44,825 nt of DNA from an uncultured bacterium (GTDB lineage Bacteria > Desulfobacterota > Binatia > HRBIN30), in assembly GCA_937975525.1 (NCBI GenBank), contig CALJUJ010000119.1, forward strand, positions 1 through 44,825, written 5' to 3'. How positions within the stretch are numbered: position 1 is the first letter of the stretch; each line of letters starts with the position of its first letter. The notes under the pieces were generated by a model, which ran no database searches, was not told the DNA's origin, and saw nothing but the letters and a program-made list of their open reading frames with translations. The translations under genes were made by a program, and so were the position numbers. Of this stretch, positions 22,571-30,649 are shown in pieces.

Positions 22571-24346
22571 TCAGTTCGCCGTCAAGGCCTGGAACGTCGT
22601 CAGGACGAGGTCGCCCGAAGGTGCGTCGATGCCGACGCCCTGGATGCCGACCCGCGTGCCCACGATCGCGGGGTTGTTGGGCAGTGCGTAGGGGAACGTG
22701 GCCTCACCGGACGGTGACGTAAGGGCAGCGCCGAGCGGCGAAGCGGTTGCAGGATCAAGGACCAGCAGACCGAGATTCGGGATCTGGCTCCACTGCTGCA
22801 GCTCGGCTGGCCCGGCGAACAGCGCGACGACTTGTCCCTGGGTCCATTGCACGCGGATCACGTCACTGGCGCCCGGAGTGAACGCGCTCGCGAAGCTGCT
22901 GATCGTGACGACCGGGATGTCGGCCGTGGGTTCCATGTCGCTACGCGTCTCGATGCCGTCGCCATCGTCGTCGCCGAGATAGTCGAAGATGGTCATCATG
23001 CCGGCCCCCATGTGGTCGGCGTTGTGGCAGTGGAACAACCAACGTCCGGGGTTGTCCATCGTGATCTGGCTCGTGAAGGAGCTGCCCGGTTGGCCCGCCG
23101 GCCGGATCAGGATCGTGTCCTTGATCGGGGGCGCGGTGGTCCCGCCTGCCGTGCCCATCAGTCGGAAGAAGTGACCGTGGATGTGCATCGGGTGATAGAA
23201 CGGCATCATCATCATTCCGCCGTTGCTGATCGTCAGCTGCACGTTCTCACCGGTCGACGTCAGGAAGGGGGTGACGTTCGGCCAGGCCTGACCATTGATC
23301 AGATGTGCCATGCCGCCAGGTCCCATACCCATCCCGAGCGAGGCCGTGTAGGAGCGGTCGGGCGTCGATGTGATCGGTTGCACCGGGTGGAAGGAGGCGA
23401 GCTGGCTGTAGCTGAGGAGCGAGCCTCCCGACAGGTTGGCGGGCACGTAGTTGGCCGCCGGGATCGGCGCTCCCTGCCCCGTGTAGCGGATCACGCCGCG
23501 GACCAAGGTGCTGGTGCGGTTCGCGATGTCCGAGACCGCGAAGCTCCAGGTGCCGGGGTTGTTGCAGTCGACGATCACGTCCCATCGTTCGCCGATGCCG
23601 ATCGGGATCGCCTGCGTGACGACGGGCTGCACGCGGTTGCCGTCGGCGTGCGTGACCGTCATCGGGTGGCCGTCGAGCGCGAACACGTAGTTGGTCGTCG
23701 AGGCGACGTTGACGACCCGGATCCGCAGCTTCTGTCCCGGCTGGACGTCGAACGGGACCTGTCCGAGGCTACTCCGTCCGTTGAGCAGGTGTCCAGAGAA
23801 GGCTCCCCCGAGAGGGTTGCTCCAGTCGTCCAGGATGATCGTGTGCTCTACATCGAAGGTGGGGTCGCTGGCCGCGTTGGCCGGATCGACGATGAGCATG
23901 CCGGCGGGGCCCTTGGAGAGCTGGGTCTCGTTGCCGTGCGGGTGGTACCAGTACGTGCCGGGAACCAGGTCGTTCAGCTCGTAGATGAACTCCTGGCCGG
24001 GGGCGACCGCCGGGCGTGAGATCGACGGGACGCCGTCCATGCCGAGCGGCACGGGTTGGCCGTGCCAGTGCACGGCCGTGGCCTCCGGGAGTTCGTTGCG
24101 GAACCTGACGCGGAGCGTCTGCCCCTCCGTGATCCGTAGCGTCGGGCCAGGCAACGAGCCGTTGTAGAGCCAGGCGTTGACGCTGGTGCCGGGTGCGACC
24201 TGCGCGGTGCCAGGAGTTGCGGTCAGGTTGACTTCGACGACCTGAGCACGGACCGCAGTGGAGCAGAGCAGGGCAAGCGCTGATGCGGTGGCGAGCCGCA
24301 GGTTCCTGACGGGAGCAGCGAAGCCGGCATGTTGGCGGGATTTCAT
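22571..24346 (-). CDS. Secreted multicopper oxidase with a ~135-aa non-oxidase C-terminal extension
   Basis: Start at MKSRQHAGF (ATG 24346-24344). Copper sites are VHWHGQ, WYHPHG, HPMHIHGH and FHCHNADHMGAGM. The extension begins after DYLGDDDGDG. Confidence 0.85.
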   Translation of the reverse strand: MKSRQHAGFAAPVRNLRLATASALALLCSTAVRAQVVEVNLTATPGTAQVAPGTSVNAWLYNGSLPGPTLRITEGQTLRVRFRNELPEATAVHWHGQPVPLGMDGVPSISRPAVAPGQEFIYELNDLVPGTYWYHPHGNETQLSKGPAGMLIVDPANAASDPTFDVEHTIILDDWSNPLGGAFSGHLLNGRSSLGQVPFDVQPGQKLRIRVVNVASTTNYVFALDGHPMTVTHADGNRVQPVVTQAIPIGIGERWDVIVDCNNPGTWSFAVSDIANRTSTLVRGVIRYTGQGAPIPAANYVPANLSGGSLLSYSQLASFHPVQPITSTPDRSYTASLGMGMGPGGMAHLINGQAWPNVTPFLTSTGENVQLTISNGGMMMMPFYHPMHIHGHFFRLMGTAGGTTAPPIKDTILIRPAGQPGSSFTSQITMDNPGRWLFHCHNADHMGAGMMTIFDYLGDDDGDGIETRSDMEPTADIPVVTISSFASAFTPGASDVIRVQWTQGQVVALFAGPAELQQWSQIPNLGLLVLDPATASPLGAALTSPSGEATFPYALPNNPAIVGTRVGIQGVGIDAPSGDLVLTTFQALTAN

Positions 24347-24384
24347 GGGAAGTGCTTTGGGAAGATGGCTGCGAGACGGGGGGA

Positions 24385-24693
24385 TCACTGTTCCGACTGC
24401 ATGTGTTTTCTGATGCAGTCGAGGACTCCGAGGATGCTCGGGTGCGAGACGCGGTATGGGCGCGTTCGGCCTGCCGCGATGGGCGACAGGATGCCGAGTT
24501 GGCGAAGACCCTGAAGGTGCTGGCTGATCTGCGAGAGCGGCAGCCCGATCGCCTCGGCCAACTCGCTTGGGGTCGCTTGTCCGTCGCGAATGAGGTCGAG
24601 GATCTGCAGGCGGACCGGGTGCGCCACGGTGCGAAGAATCGGTGCGACCGATTCCAGGACGTCCGGTGGGATCAGCGGCGGGGAGGCGCTCAT
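24385..24693 (-). CDS. ArsR/SmtB-family metalloregulator
   Basis: 102 aa with HPVRLQILDLI...TPSELAEAIGLPLSQISQHLQGLRQLGIL (winged HTH). Ends 38 nt upstream of the MCO gene. Confidence 0.85.
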   Translation of the reverse strand: MSASPPLIPPDVLESVAPILRTVAHPVRLQILDLIRDGQATPSELAEAIGLPLSQISQHLQGLRQLGILSPIAAGRTRPYRVSHPSILGVLDCIRKHMQSEQ

Positions 24694-24732
24694 GACTCGA
24701 ACGATAGTGGCGGGAGGGAGAGAGGTCACAGG

Positions 24733-24765
24733 TTCTAGAAGGTGAGAACTCAGGAACTCTAGAAG
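24733..24765. promoter_or_regulatory. Candidate ArsR operator: TTCTAGAA palindrome plus a second TCTAGAAG copy
   Basis: GGTTCTAGAAGGTGAGAACTCAGGAACTCTAGAAGCC lies 40-70 nt upstream of the arsR-like ATG and is locally AT-rich in a GC-rich genome. Confidence 0.4.
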
Positions 24766-24955
24766 CCTCGAACACGGAGGGCCGCCACCCAGGCGGGCTG
24801 ACGTCGCTGAATTGCCGTCTTTGACCGGGCGTGTCGAAATGCAGTTTCTGCAAGCGTCCGGAACACGTCTCAGTTCGCGAGGAGGATCCGTAACGCAATG
24901 TTGCGAAGATGCTTGCGACGACTGGCGGGGTCGTGCCAGAGAGTCTTGCTGGGTT

Positions 24956-24971
24956 TGGCGCGCTCGTTGCA
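24956..24971 (+). promoter_or_regulatory. sigma54-like promoter TGGCGC-GCTCG-TTGCA for the lipoprotein/OMF/MCO operon
   Basis: One mismatch to TGGCAC-N5-TTGCA. Lies 32 nt upstream of the ATG at 25003. Confidence 0.45.
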
Positions 24972-25002
24972 CATCCGCAGCGACCGAACGCCGAGTTCCC
25001 CG

Positions 25003-25287
25003 ATGACCATGCACGAACCTCGATCGCCATCGCGCCCCTTCTCTCGTCCTCTGACAGCTCTGCTCCTCGCGTCCGCGAGTGCAGGCTCATGCGCGAGCAC
25101 CTTCGATCTCGATCTGCCGCCGGATCATCCGGCGTGCGTGACTGCGCCGAGCGGCGGGGCCTTGAACGTGCCGGATCCCGCAGCGGTCCCGGAGCAAGTC
25201 GAGGCCGTGAGCCCGGCGAACGAGATGCAAGGCATGGGCAGTGATGAAGACGCCATGCATCCGGGCCACGCGAAGGAGCAGCGGTGA
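25003..25287 (+). CDS. Small lipoprotein with a Met/His-containing C-terminus
   Basis: Start at MTMHEPRS..., with lipobox SAGSCAS. Ends NEMQGMGSDEDAMHPGHAKEQR. Its stop overlaps the OMF start (GTGATG). Confidence 0.45.
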   Translation: MTMHEPRSPSRPFSRPLTALLLASASAGSCASTFDLDLPPDHPACVTAPSGGALNVPDPAAVPEQVEAVSPANEMQGMGSDEDAMHPGHAKEQR

Positions 25288-26744
25288 TGGCGCGCAGTCG
25301 ATCGTTGCACCGACCTCGGGCACTCCGATCCCGTCTTGCTTACTGCGGTTCGCTCGCACTGCTGGCCGGTGCGTGTGCCGTGCCTCAGCGTGAGCGGGTG
25401 CTCGCCGACGTGCAGGACGCCGTGCACGAACGACTCGGTGCCGACGTGGACATCGAGGCGCGGCCACTCCGTCCGGAGGGGATCCGCGAGTTGCTCCAGG
25501 ACGAGCAGATGGACGCCGACGAAGCCGTCCGCCTCGCGATCGCCAACAACCCGATGCTGCATGCGGAACTCGCCGAGCTCGAGATCGCTCGCGCCCAGAT
25601 CTGGCAGGCATCGCTCGCGCCGAACCCTGTGATCGACGCGCAGCTTCGCTTCGCCGAGGCCGGCGGTGGCGACATCCTCGAACTCGGGGTCGCGCAGAGC
25701 ATCGTCGATGTCCTGCTGATCCCGCGGCGCCGCCAGGTCGCGGCCGAACGTCTGGCCCAGGTCGAAGCGCGGGTCACCGGCGCAGTGCTCGACCTTGCGA
25801 CCGAGGTGCGAGCCAACTACCGGGCGCTGCAAGCGGATCAACAGCTCGTCGAGCTCTTCGAGGCCGCGACCGATGCTGCGCGATTGACCCTCGATGCGAC
25901 GCGACGTCTCCGAGAGGCCGGCAACGTCATCGAGCTCGAGCTGCTACAGGAGCAGGCGGTGTTCGAGGATGCGCGGTTGGCGCTGACCGAAGCCCGGAAG
26001 AACGTCCGCCGACATCGTGAGAACCTGAACGTGCTGTTCGGGCTGTCGGGCCCCGAGGGGGAGAGCTGGCAGGTCGAAGGCCGGATGCCCGAACCGGCGC
26101 CGCTCTCGATCGAGCCCGCCGAGCTCGAGCGGCGGGTGGTCACCGGAAGCCTCGATCTCGAAGCAGGTCGGCGTGAACTGACGATGCTGGGCCATCGCCT
26201 CGGGCTCGAGCAGCTGAGCGCCGCGTTTCCGACGGGGGGCGTCGGCGTCAACGGCGAGCGCGAGGCCTCGGAGAGCTGGATCGTGGGAGGCAACGTGTCC
26301 CTTTCGCTGCCGGTCTTCGACTTCGGGCAGGCGGTCTCGGCACACGTGCGAGCTGAGATCGAGCAGGCGTTCCATCGGCTGACCGACCTCGCGATCCGCA
26401 TCCGGCGTTCGGCGCGCGACAGCCTCGTGGCCTCGGAGGTCAGCGGCAACAACGCTCGTCACCTGTTCGACGTCGTCGTGCCGCTCCGCACGCGGATCAC
26501 GCAGCAGACGCAGGAGCAGTTCAACGCGATGCAGATCGGCGTCTTCCGGGTCGTCGACGCCAAACGAGCCGAGCTCGACGCGGCCCGGCGCTACATCGAA
26601 GAGCTCAAGATGCACTGGATCGCGCGCAGCCAGCTCGAGTCGCTCCTGCTGGGGCGCCTGCCCGCGACGCGCTTCGGAATCACCGGGCCCGGACTCGGTT
26701 CGGTGTCCGCCATTGCGGGGGCCGGCGGCAACGGCGGCCACTAG
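25284..26744 (+). CDS. TolC/OprM-family outer-membrane efflux lipoprotein
   Basis: Lipobox LLAGACA and a two-repeat OMF helical pattern. Start is GTG 25284 or ATG 25287. Confidence 0.85.
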   Translation: MMARSRSLHRPRALRSRLAYCGSLALLAGACAVPQRERVLADVQDAVHERLGADVDIEARPLRPEGIRELLQDEQMDADEAVRLAIANNPMLHAELAELEIARAQIWQASLAPNPVIDAQLRFAEAGGGDILELGVAQSIVDVLLIPRRRQVAAERLAQVEARVTGAVLDLATEVRANYRALQADQQLVELFEAATDAARLTLDATRRLREAGNVIELELLQEQAVFEDARLALTEARKNVRRHRENLNVLFGLSGPEGESWQVEGRMPEPAPLSIEPAELERRVVTGSLDLEAGRRELTMLGHRLGLEQLSAAFPTGGVGVNGEREASESWIVGGNVSLSLPVFDFGQAVSAHVRAEIEQAFHRLTDLAIRIRRSARDSLVASEVSGNNARHLFDVVVPLRTRITQQTQEQFNAMQIGVFRVVDAKRAELDAARRYIEELKMHWIARSQLESLLLGRLPATRFGITGPGLGSVSAIAGAGGNGGH

Positions 26745-26787
26745 TCCCGCGCGACTGCCTTTCCTCATCCCACCGAACACACCCGAC

Positions 26788-28104
26788 ATGAATACTCGAC
26801 GCAACTTCCTGTTCTCCGGCGCCGCCGCAGGTGCGGCGGCCGCCTTGACCACCGCCGAACGGGCGAGCGCACGTAGCATCCGGCGCGATCTGGATCGCGC
26901 GAGCGTCGGTGGCGCGCAGCCGCGCGACCATCGGCCCGTCATCGTTCCCAGCGGCAGCAAGGCGCCGATGCGGGACGTCGACGGGGCCAAGGTCTACCAC
27001 CTCGTCGTCGAGGAGTTCGACCACACGTTCGCTCCGGGGCTCGTCGCGCGGTGCTGGGGCTTCAACAGGATGGTGAACGGTCACGTGATCGAGGCGGTCG
27101 AGGGGGACCGGGTTCGCATCTACGTCACCAACAGACTGCCCGCCCCGACGTCGACGCACTGGCACGGCCTGATCCTGCCCAACGGCATGGACGGTGTCAG
27201 CGGTCTGACGCAGCCGCCGATCCCGCCGGGGGAGACCTGGCTCTACGAGTTCGACCTGCGCCAGAACGGGACGCACATGTTCCACAGCCATCACGACACC
27301 ATGACGCAGGAGGGCCTCGGCCTCACGGGCATGTTCGTGATCCACCCGGCAGACGCCGGCGAGCCGATGGTGGACCGCGACTTCGCGCTGATGCTGCATG
27401 AGTGGCGGATCGACGCCGGGGCACGTCGGCCGAACCCCAACGAGATGAGCGACTTCAACGTGCTCACGATGAACGGCAAGGTCTTCCCGTTCCTCGATCC
27501 ACTGGTCGTGCGCAAGGGCCAGCGCGTCCGCATGCGGATCGGCAACCTGTCGGCGATGGACCATCACCCGATCCACCTCCATGGCTACGAGTTCCACGAG
27601 ACCGCGGTTGACGGCTGCAGGATTCCCGCGGAGCAGCAGCGCCGCCGCGTGACGACCCTCGTCGGCGTCGGTGAGACGCGTGACATCGAGTTCGACGCAG
27701 TCAACGTGGGCGACTGGGCCTTCCACTGCCACATGACCCACCACGTCATGAACCAGATGGGCCACGCATTCCCCAACATGATCGGCTTCGATGCGAAGGG
27801 CTTCGACAGTCGCGCGCGTTCGCTGCTGCCGGGCTACATGACGATGGGCGCGAAGGGCATGGGGGACATGACCGACATGGGCATGCCGTTGCCCGAGAAC
27901 AGCGTGCCGATGATCAAGGCCGAGGGCGGCTTCGGCAAGGACGTCAGCCTCGGTGGCATGGCCGGCGTCCTGAAGGTCCGGGAAGGGTTGTCCGACGAGG
28001 CGCTCGAGGCGAATCGAGATCCGGGTTGGTACGAGCATCCCAAGGGCACGGTCGCCGGCCCCGCGTCGGCGGAGGATCGTCGGCGAGATGGCATCGTCGA
28101 GTAG
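26788..28104 (+). CDS. Tat-exported multicopper oxidase with a Met-rich C-terminal region
   Basis: Twin-arginine signal MNTRRNFLFSGAAAGAAAAL. Copper sites are THWHGL, FHSHHD, HPIHLHGY and FHCHMTHHVMNQM. Met-rich stretch is GYMTMGAKGMGDMTDMGMP. Confidence 0.85.
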   Translation: MNTRRNFLFSGAAAGAAAALTTAERASARSIRRDLDRASVGGAQPRDHRPVIVPSGSKAPMRDVDGAKVYHLVVEEFDHTFAPGLVARCWGFNRMVNGHVIEAVEGDRVRIYVTNRLPAPTSTHWHGLILPNGMDGVSGLTQPPIPPGETWLYEFDLRQNGTHMFHSHHDTMTQEGLGLTGMFVIHPADAGEPMVDRDFALMLHEWRIDAGARRPNPNEMSDFNVLTMNGKVFPFLDPLVVRKGQRVRMRIGNLSAMDHHPIHLHGYEFHETAVDGCRIPAEQQRRRVTTLVGVGETRDIEFDAVNVGDWAFHCHMTHHVMNQMGHAFPNMIGFDAKGFDSRARSLLPGYMTMGAKGMGDMTDMGMPLPENSVPMIKAEGGFGKDVSLGGMAGVLKVREGLSDEALEANRDPGWYEHPKGTVAGPASAEDRRRDGIVE

Positions 28105-28180
28105 CTGCCTCGACATGTGAACGCCCGGAGAGGGTGGCGGGTTCTTCCCGGGGGAGCAAGCTCGGGCTAGAGTCGCGCCG

Positions 28181-28483
28181 ATGAACCGAACCCCCATACT
28201 TGTTGCGGCGATGGCCGCATTCACCCTCGCCGCCTGTCACTCCGCGCCCGCAGAACCTCAGCTTGCCAGCACGCAAGTGCACCTCGTGTTGGACAAGACC
28301 CCTACTTGAGGCGGGTGTGCTGCCACCGTGCGTGGCGTCGTCACCAAGCTGCCCGGCGTTTCCGGCGTGGAGGTCGAGCCCGGTTCCGCAGACATCGTGG
28401 TCAGCCTCGACCCGAACGCGACGAGCGTGGAGCAGTTGCTGGCCGGCATGAGTGCCGGTGGGCAGCCCGCGAAGCGCAAGTAG
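28181..28483 (+). CDS. HMA-domain lipoprotein interrupted by an in-frame TGA (28307-28309) at the first Cys of CxxC: selenocysteine candidate or pseudogene
   Basis: MNRTPILVAAMAAFTLAAC (lipobox) ...VHLVLDKTPT-TGA-GGCAATVRGVVTKLPGVSGVEVEPGSADIVVSLDPNATSVEQLLAGM. The frame stays open to TAG 28481-28483. A GCCAC-CGTGC-GTGGC hairpin lies at 28322-28336. Confidence 0.55.
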
Positions 28484-28738
28484 CATCACGTTTCCGCAGG
28501 CGCGCGAGCGGCCGCGTCTCCTCGCTCCGCCGGGAACCGCTTGATTCCATACGGGAGGCCGTCGCGCCGCTGGCGCTTCGAGTTGCACTAGGTGATGGCA
28601 GGCTAGGTGTGCAGCGATGTCCGTGGCAGACAGCGCGCGAAATGCGTCACAGCTCATGCGGCTGCGATTGAGTTGCTCGCTGGAAGTGGGCCGGCGGTCT
28701 CGTGCCTCTGCTCCGGTGGCGCTTCTTGCACAGCGAGG

Positions 28739-29185
28739 CTACGTCATGAATGTCGGGTTGCCAGCGTCGGTGGAGAACACGCGCATGGTCTCCACCGGCA
28801 AGTAGGTGAAGCTCTGTGGTGCCGTGACCCCATCATGGATCTCGTGGAGCGTCAGTGGTTCTGCGAGCGAAGTGGCCTTCTTCACGAGAATGGCAACAGC
28901 CGTACGGCTTCCCGCGTAGTATTCGCGGAACAACCGACGTGGAATCGCGCCATGGCCGCCATGTCTCTTCCATACAGCGGTCGGTGTGTCTTCATCGAGG
29001 TCTTGCACCTGGAAGTACCCCACGACCCTCTGGGTCGGGGCAGTGGCGTAGAGCAGCACGAACTGAATCTCCGGAGCGAGCTTCCGCTTCCTGAACTCGA
29101 CACTCTTGCGACCCTCTAGGATCGCAGTCGCGTGTTCTGGGTGAATGGCTAGAAGTGCTACGCGCTGAACTGATCGATCAGCCAT
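28739..29185 (-). CDS. Stand-alone ASCH (PUA-like) domain protein
   Basis: 148 aa. RVALLAIHPEHATAILEGRKSVEFRKRK...VVGYFQV...APQSFTYL follows the ASCH pattern. AGGAGG lies upstream of ATG 29185. Overlaps the upstream gene by 28 nt. Confidence 0.75.
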   Translation of the reverse strand: MADRSVQRVALLAIHPEHATAILEGRKSVEFRKRKLAPEIQFVLLYATAPTQRVVGYFQVQDLDEDTPTAVWKRHGGHGAIPRRLFREYYAGSRTAVAILVKKATSLAEPLTLHEIHDGVTAPQSFTYLPVETMRVFSTDAGNPTFMT

Positions 29186-30609
29186 TGGGTTCCCTCCCCT
29201 CCTACGCACATGATCGACTGCGGAGCCCGGGCGAAGACGCGGGCGTTCATGAGTTCTTCCGGAGTCTTGCATGGGGCGACAACTCTCACTTGGCGGAAGC
29301 GGATGGCAAGAACTTCTCGTGCCTCGCACAGGTCCTGGATCTCTTGGGCAGAGTAGACCGTTCTTCGCGCCACTGCTCGAACGACGACGGCTGGGTCTCG
29401 GGTGACGGTCGTGTCCTCGACGACTCCGATCGCGATCAGGCCTTGACGCCGTTGTGTGCGGTAGAATGCCAGAACGCTTCCCGGAACGAGTTGTCGTGAC
29501 GGGGCGTGGCACAGGTACGCCTTGCGGATCGCGTTGCCGAACGACAGTTGGCCCTCGAACAAGTTGCGCGTTGCGCAGGTCTCGGGGAAGAGTGCGTCGG
29601 AGAAGCGCGGTTGAATAGGTACCAGATGCCAGTCTTGCTGCGCATCGAAGCGAGGCGGACCATACTTGATGTGGTAGTCCAGTCCGGAAATGCCAGCTTG
29701 GGGTTCCAGAAGTTTCGTTAGAATGAGCTCGCCGACGTCGGTTGTCTCCGCGTGCGGCGAAAACCCGAAGTCGTCGAGGAGTTCGAGGAGGGTTTGGTGC
29801 TTCTCGAACACGGTCACGAACATTCCTGTGGCCCGCTTGCCGTGCGCGTGTTCGAAGACGGTCTTGAGGAGTAGCTCTCCGTACTTCAGGCCGTTGAATT
29901 GCTCGGCGACTTTGAAGCTGCAGATCTTCAGTGGGCGGTCACCTAGCGGCAGGCCTGGATGCACGTCGTTCTCTTTGACGATGCAGATGCCGGCCAAGCG
30001 GTCCCCGCCATCGATTGTCCACGTCTGGCGATGGTCGCGGCAGCACCTTGCAAACCAATCGTCGAACGTGGGGTAGTCGGCACGAAAGGAATCGAAGATG
30101 GGGTCGCGCTTGTCCAGGGCGTGCGGCTTGATGGATCTGACCGCGGGCGGTGCTGCGATGCTGGCGGGAGCACCGAGCAGTCGGACGGCTTCATCAATTG
30201 TCAGGACACGATGGTCGATCCCAAGGCGTCGGGCCTTCTTGCGGATCCCTCTGTCCTCGGAGATCAGGAAGTCGATGGCGTCAGCATCGAGTGCAACGAT
30301 CAGGTTGTTGTCGACCCAGTCGTTTGATCCACGCGCGGGGGAGCCGATGACAGACTCGTGAGCGGGAGTGATCGGCGGTGGATCTGGGAGTTCCGGGTAC
30401 TTGCCTGCGAGGACGCGCCGAAGTTCTGCTCGACTCGTGTCCTTGTCGCGGTCGATGTCGTGCGAGTGGGCTGGGTGGAGGTAGGTGGTGTGACCACCTT
30501 CCTGCGCTCGGCGATTGATGAGAGCTGCGGCCTCTGAGTTGGTCGCCACGTCAGCTGTGGACGCAGGCTCCAGTGGAATGAAGATGTTGGTGTCGAGGAG
30601 CAGCTTCAC
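29158..30609 (-). CDS. Triple-domain protein: N-terminal PIN nuclease, central GNAT acetyltransferase, C-terminal ASCH-like domain
   Basis: PIN: MKLLLDTNIFIPLEP...DNNLIVALDADAIDFLISEDRGI. GNAT: AGICIVKEN...LKICSFKVAEQFNGLKYGELLLKTVFEHA...LLDDFGFS. ASCH-like: HLVPIQPRFSDALFPE...GSVLAFYRT...LIAIGVVED...APQSIMCV. Confidence 0.75.
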   Translation of the reverse strand: MKLLLDTNIFIPLEPASTADVATNSEAAALINRRAQEGGHTTYLHPAHSHDIDRDKDTSRAELRRVLAGKYPELPDPPPITPAHESVIGSPARGSNDWVDNNLIVALDADAIDFLISEDRGIRKKARRLGIDHRVLTIDEAVRLLGAPASIAAPPAVRSIKPHALDKRDPIFDSFRADYPTFDDWFARCCRDHRQTWTIDGGDRLAGICIVKENDVHPGLPLGDRPLKICSFKVAEQFNGLKYGELLLKTVFEHAHGKRATGMFVTVFEKHQTLLELLDDFGFSPHAETTDVGELILTKLLEPQAGISGLDYHIKYGPPRFDAQQDWHLVPIQPRFSDALFPETCATRNLFEGQLSFGNAIRKAYLCHAPSRQLVPGSVLAFYRTQRRQGLIAIGVVEDTTVTRDPAVVVRAVARRTVYSAQEIQDLCEAREVLAIRFRQVRVVAPCKTPEELMNARVFARAPQSIMCVGGEGTQWLIDQFSA

Positions 30610-30649
30610 GAGGAGTGGGCTTCGGACCGAGCAAGGCGCGCGGCGGGCT

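Noticed and set aside
22555-22572. Hairpin GAGCGG-gtagtg-CCGCTC between copA and the convergent MCO as a terminator
   Set aside because: It has only a 6-bp stem and no U-tract, and it overlaps the MCO stop codon. The evidence is too weak to list as a feature.
24898-25002. Longer N-terminus (MLRRCLRRLAG…) for the small lipoprotein
   Set aside because: The extension is Arg-rich and overlaps the sigma54-like promoter. The signal peptide and lipobox start after the internal MTMHEP, so 25003 is preferred, though still uncertain.
22571-25090. 839-aa version of the MCO ORF extending upstream to 25090
   Set aside because: The first ~248 codons read through the ArsR gene region in another frame and are Pro/Arg/Ser-rich. 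A proper signal peptide begins at MKSRQH (24346), 38 nt after the ArsR stop.
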